A DNA stretch of 1,026 bases from Escherichia coli (lineage in GTDB: Bacteria; Pseudomonadota; Gammaproteobacteria; Enterobacterales; Enterobacteriaceae). The notes under the pieces were generated by a model. It did no database searches. It saw nothing but the letters and a program-made list of their open reading frames with translations, and was not told the origin of the DNA. The position numbers and the translations under genes were made by a program. Positions 1 through 1,026 of the stretch are shown here, one piece after another. Every line of letters starts with the position of its first letter. Within the stretch, counting starts at the first letter, position 1. The stretch lies in NCBI RefSeq assembly GCF_003334405.1, contig NZ_QOWM01000050.1; one strand, given 5' to 3'.

Positions 1-48
1 GTTTAATACGGTATTCCTGTTCTACATGCACACCCATAACTCACCTTA

Positions 49-549
49 TCAAAATCTGTTCACTACAGCAGTCACCAGAGTTTCTAACTGTTTCGCTGTT
101 TGCTGACAAATATTAAGCGCATCATTAATTTCCTTTCTGAATTCAGGATCGTTAACAATACAAAATCTGTCACCACTAATGATATAATGAACATTGCGTC
201 CGAGTTTGTTAATTTCCGTTTTAAGTCTCCTGATTTCTTTAATCTCATCAGGATAAAGACAGACTTCATTTTTTAACAAAGACTGACGTACACGAATAGC
301 AATTTCTCTGCTCATGCTCATGCCGTGAAGGACAGCATTACGTTTAACAAGTTCTATTTCATGAGGGTAGAGATAAGTGAAAACTGGTTTTGCAGCCTCA
401 TTCTTAACAGGAATAGATACTGGCTTTGTTGGTACATCAAGAACTTTCATTTTTGCGAATACATTTACACTATCAACTCCATATGAAGCTGCATTTACTC
501 TCGCAAGTTCATATTCATCATCATTTAATCTAAAACATACATTTTTCAT
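49..549 (-). CDS. Hypothetical DNA-binding protein with tandem ribbon-helix-helix (RHH)-like repeats; 166 aa from the ATG at 547-549 (track ORF 49..624 uses an upstream TTG)
   Basis: Uninterrupted minus-strand reading frame ending in TGA at 49-51. In-frame ATG at 547-549 is preceded by GGTGA (554-558), a plausible Shine-Dalgarno. I spot-checked the track translation against the sequence (residues GMSMS at 310-324; C-terminal NRF at 52-60). The protein has repeated modules of a short hydrophobic strand followed by an acidic helix (VCFRLNDDEYELARVNAASYGVDSVNVFAKMKVL; VFTYLYPHEIELVKRNAVLHGMSMSREIAIRVRQSLL), each with a G-x-(D/S)-x-S turn typical of CopG/Arc/MetJ-type RHH domains. The gene could not be matched to a named family from memory. 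Confidence 0.6.
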   Translation of the reverse strand: MKNVCFRLNDDEYELARVNAASYGVDSVNVFAKMKVLDVPTKPVSIPVKNEAAKPVFTYLYPHEIELVKRNAVLHGMSMSREIAIRVRQSLLKNEVCLYPDEIKEIRRLKTEINKLGRNVHYIISGDRFCIVNDPEFRKEINDALNICQQTAKQLETLVTAVVNRF

Positions 550-553
550 TCTT

Positions 554-558
554 TCACC
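554..558 (-). promoter_or_regulatory. Candidate ribosome-binding site (GGTGA) for the ATG at 547-549
   Basis: Minus-strand sequence reads ...ctctatGGTGAaagaATGaaaaat...; GGTGA matches the 3' part of the AAGGAGGTGA consensus, 4 nt before the ATG. Confidence 0.35.
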
Positions 559-563
559 ATAGA

Positions 564-598
564 GCCTGCGGCAGGCACAGGCAAAAACATCGTTTTTG
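564..598. promoter_or_regulatory. Pair of inverted repeats just upstream of the RBS: GCCTGC-g-GCAGGC (564-576) and CAAAAAC-atc-GTTTTTG (582-598); candidate operator
   Basis: Both are perfect inverted repeats read directly from the sequence. The CAGGC motif occurs three times: once inverted (564-568) and twice direct (572-576, 578-582). They lie between the candidate promoter and the ATG, where RHH repressors typically bind. Confidence 0.3.
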
Positions 599-611
599 GA
601 CAATCTACTGA

Positions 612-627
612 AAATTGCATGCAATTT
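612..627. promoter_or_regulatory. 16-bp perfect palindrome AAATTGCATGCAATTT; candidate protein-binding site overlapping the candidate -10
   Basis: Positions 612-627 are exactly self-complementary across a GCATGC core. A perfect 16-mer palindrome is unlikely by chance in 1 kb (rough expectation on the order of 0.01-0.02). Confidence 0.35.
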
Positions 628-642
628 CTAGTGGATTGTCTA
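614..642 (-). promoter_or_regulatory. Candidate sigma70-like promoter for the RHH-repeat gene: -35 TAGACA (637-642), 17-bp spacer, -10 TGCAAT (614-619)
   Basis: Hexamers and spacing read on the minus strand. The -35 is a 5/6 match to TTGACA; the -10 is only a 4/6 match to TATAAT and lacks the conserved A at position 2. An alternative is -10 TATAGT (658-663) with a weak -35 TTTATA (682-687, 18-bp spacer). Neither is strong; this is a prediction only. Confidence 0.2.
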
Positions 643-777
643 TCCTGCATTGATTGTACTATATGTGGCGCTGTGCCTAGCTATAAAATCGTCGCTGCAT
701 ATGTCCAGATTTCGTTGCTGAAAGGTTCTTTCGTCTTCGACCATCTGGCAAACGTATAGCTGAAAGATTTGTGAAAG

Positions 778-801
778 AAAAAACAAGCCTGGCAGGGCTG
801 G
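778..801 (-). terminator. Possible weak terminator for the upstream minus-strand gene: short stem (AGCC/GGCT) followed by a T6 run on the minus strand
   Basis: Minus strand reads ...ccAGCCctgccaGGCTtgTTTTTTcTTTc (A-run 778-783 on the plus strand). The stem is only 4-5 bp, so this is marginal. Confidence 0.2.
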
Positions 802-806
802 GAATT

Positions 807-833
807 GTTACGGCTGAAGCCGTAACGCTTTTT
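807..833 (+). terminator. Intrinsic-terminator-like structure: 8-bp stem GTTACGGC/GCCGTAAC with TGAA loop, then GC + TTTTT
   Basis: Perfect inverted repeat 807-814/819-826 followed by a T5 run at 829-833 on the plus strand. No plus-strand gene is evident upstream, so its function is unclear. The same stem forms on the minus-strand transcript but is followed there by AAUU, not a U-run. Confidence 0.3.
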
Positions 834-860
834 AAGTCCTCGCTGCGCTGCGGGGCTTCC

Positions 861-894
861 GGCGCAAAGCGCCTCCCATGCCCTTACAGGGCAT
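861..894. repeat. Two adjacent short GC-rich stem-loops in the 3' region of the upstream gene: GGCGC-aaa-GCGCC (861-873) and ATGCCCT-tac-AGGGCAT (878-894)
   Basis: Both are perfect inverted repeats read from the sequence. They lie 16-49 nt downstream of the TAA at 910-912 on the minus strand. Neither is followed by a U-run, so they are more likely 3'-end stabilising structures or protein sites than canonical terminators. Confidence 0.3.
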
Positions 895-909
895 AAGAAA
901 CAAGGGCAA

Positions 910-1026
910 TTAAGCCCCTGCGCGATGATTGCTGACTTCTTTTTCCAGAGCCTTATTAACAAAGGCGTTCAGTGATAAATCTTCTTCCATCGCCATTTCT
1001 GCTACCCGACGATGCAGTTCTGGATC
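910..1026 (-). CDS. 3' end of a gene truncated at the window edge; C-terminal RHH-type DNA-binding domain resembling the C-terminus of HicB-family antitoxins
   Basis: Reverse complement of 913..1026 translates in frame with the window edge to DPELHRRVAEMAMEEDLSLNAFVNKALEKEVSNHRAGA, followed by TAA at 910-912. The pattern P-x-LH-x-x-(hydrophobic)-A-x-x-A-x-E-x-x-SLN-x-(F/Y/W)-(V/I) is the helix-turn-helix half of an RHH fold as I recall it from HicB-type and related antitoxins. The N-terminal part of the protein is outside the window, so the family call is tentative. It is absent from the ORF track because no start codon lies inside the window. Confidence 0.55.
   Translation of the reverse strand, partial: DPELHRRVAEMAMEEDLSLNAFVNKALEKEVSNHRAGA

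Noticed and set aside
5-15. Palindrome AATAC-g-GTATT downstream of the RHH-repeat gene stop
   Set aside because: Too short and AT-rich to be meaningful, with no flanking U-run; it sits at the window edge so context is missing.
84-269. 61-aa minus-strand ORF from the track (MKSVFILMRLKK...)
   Set aside because: Lies entirely inside the 49..549 CDS in a different frame; the product is low-complexity with no recognisable motif. Most likely a frame-shadow ORF.
377-562. 61-aa plus-strand ORF from the track (MKTGFAASFLTGIDTG...)
   Set aside because: Antisense to the RHH-repeat CDS; no RBS noted; composition consistent with a spurious antisense ORF in an AT-rich gene.
550-624. N-terminal 25-codon extension of the main ORF from TTG at 622-624
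   Set aside because: It is encoded by the palindrome cluster, has no obvious RBS, and an ATG with a GGTGA Shine-Dalgarno lies downstream at 547-549. Kept as an alternative only.
717-778. Short direct repeats GCTGAAAG (717-724, 759-766) and TGAAAGA (761-767, 772-778)
   Set aside because: Exact 7-8-bp repeats are expected several times by chance in 1 kb; no higher-order periodicity was seen. Not reported as iterons.
785-895. Possible REP/BIME element or integron attC site
   Set aside because: The palindromes are shorter than, and do not match, the REP consensus as I recall it. No RYYYAAC ... GTTRRRY core pair with attC-like spacing was found.
771-911. Plus-strand GTG-initiated frame (VKEKTSLAGLGIVTAEAVTLFKSSLRCGASGAKRLPCPYRA)
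   Set aside because: No RBS; the frame runs through the hairpin cluster, which explains the open frame; the sequence does not look like a protein.
681-962. 93-aa minus-strand ORF from the track (MLIRLWKKKSAIIAQGLNCPCF...)
   Set aside because: Starts at a TTG, overlaps the end of the better-supported 910..1026 CDS in another frame, and spans the GC-rich stem-loop cluster; the Cys/Arg-rich translation looks like read-through of palindromic non-coding DNA.
1-1026. CRISPR array, tRNA or rRNA, IS terminal inverted repeats
   Set aside because: No regularly spaced direct repeats, no cloverleaf-compatible segment or conserved tRNA motifs, and no matching terminal inverted repeats were seen within the window.

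Overview
This 1026-bp window holds three things, all read on the minus strand. (1) 910..1026 is the last 38 codons plus TAA stop of a gene that runs off the window edge; its C-terminus (DPELHRRVAEMAMEEDLSLNAFVNKALEKEVSNHRAGA) looks like a ribbon-helix-helix (RHH) DNA-binding domain of the kind found at the end of HicB-family antitoxins. (2) 550..909 is a ~360-bp intergenic region unusually dense in perfect palindromes: a 16-bp palindrome AAATTGCATGCAATTT, a GCCTGC-g-GCAGGC palindrome, a CAAAAAC-atc-GTTTTTG inverted repeat, and a GC-rich stem-loop cluster with terminator-like features. (3) 49..549 is a complete AT-rich ORF (166 aa from the ATG; the supplied track extends it to 191 aa from a TTG) whose product is built from four successive strand-plus-helix modules, the first two with the hallmarks of RHH domains. 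I see no rRNA, tRNA, CRISPR array, IS ends or integron attC site. The most interesting hypothesis is a multi-RHH single-chain DNA-binding protein whose gene is preceded by a palindrome-rich control region, which could be an autoregulatory operator or an oriT-like site. All functional assignments come from motif recognition by eye and need homology or structure searches to confirm.
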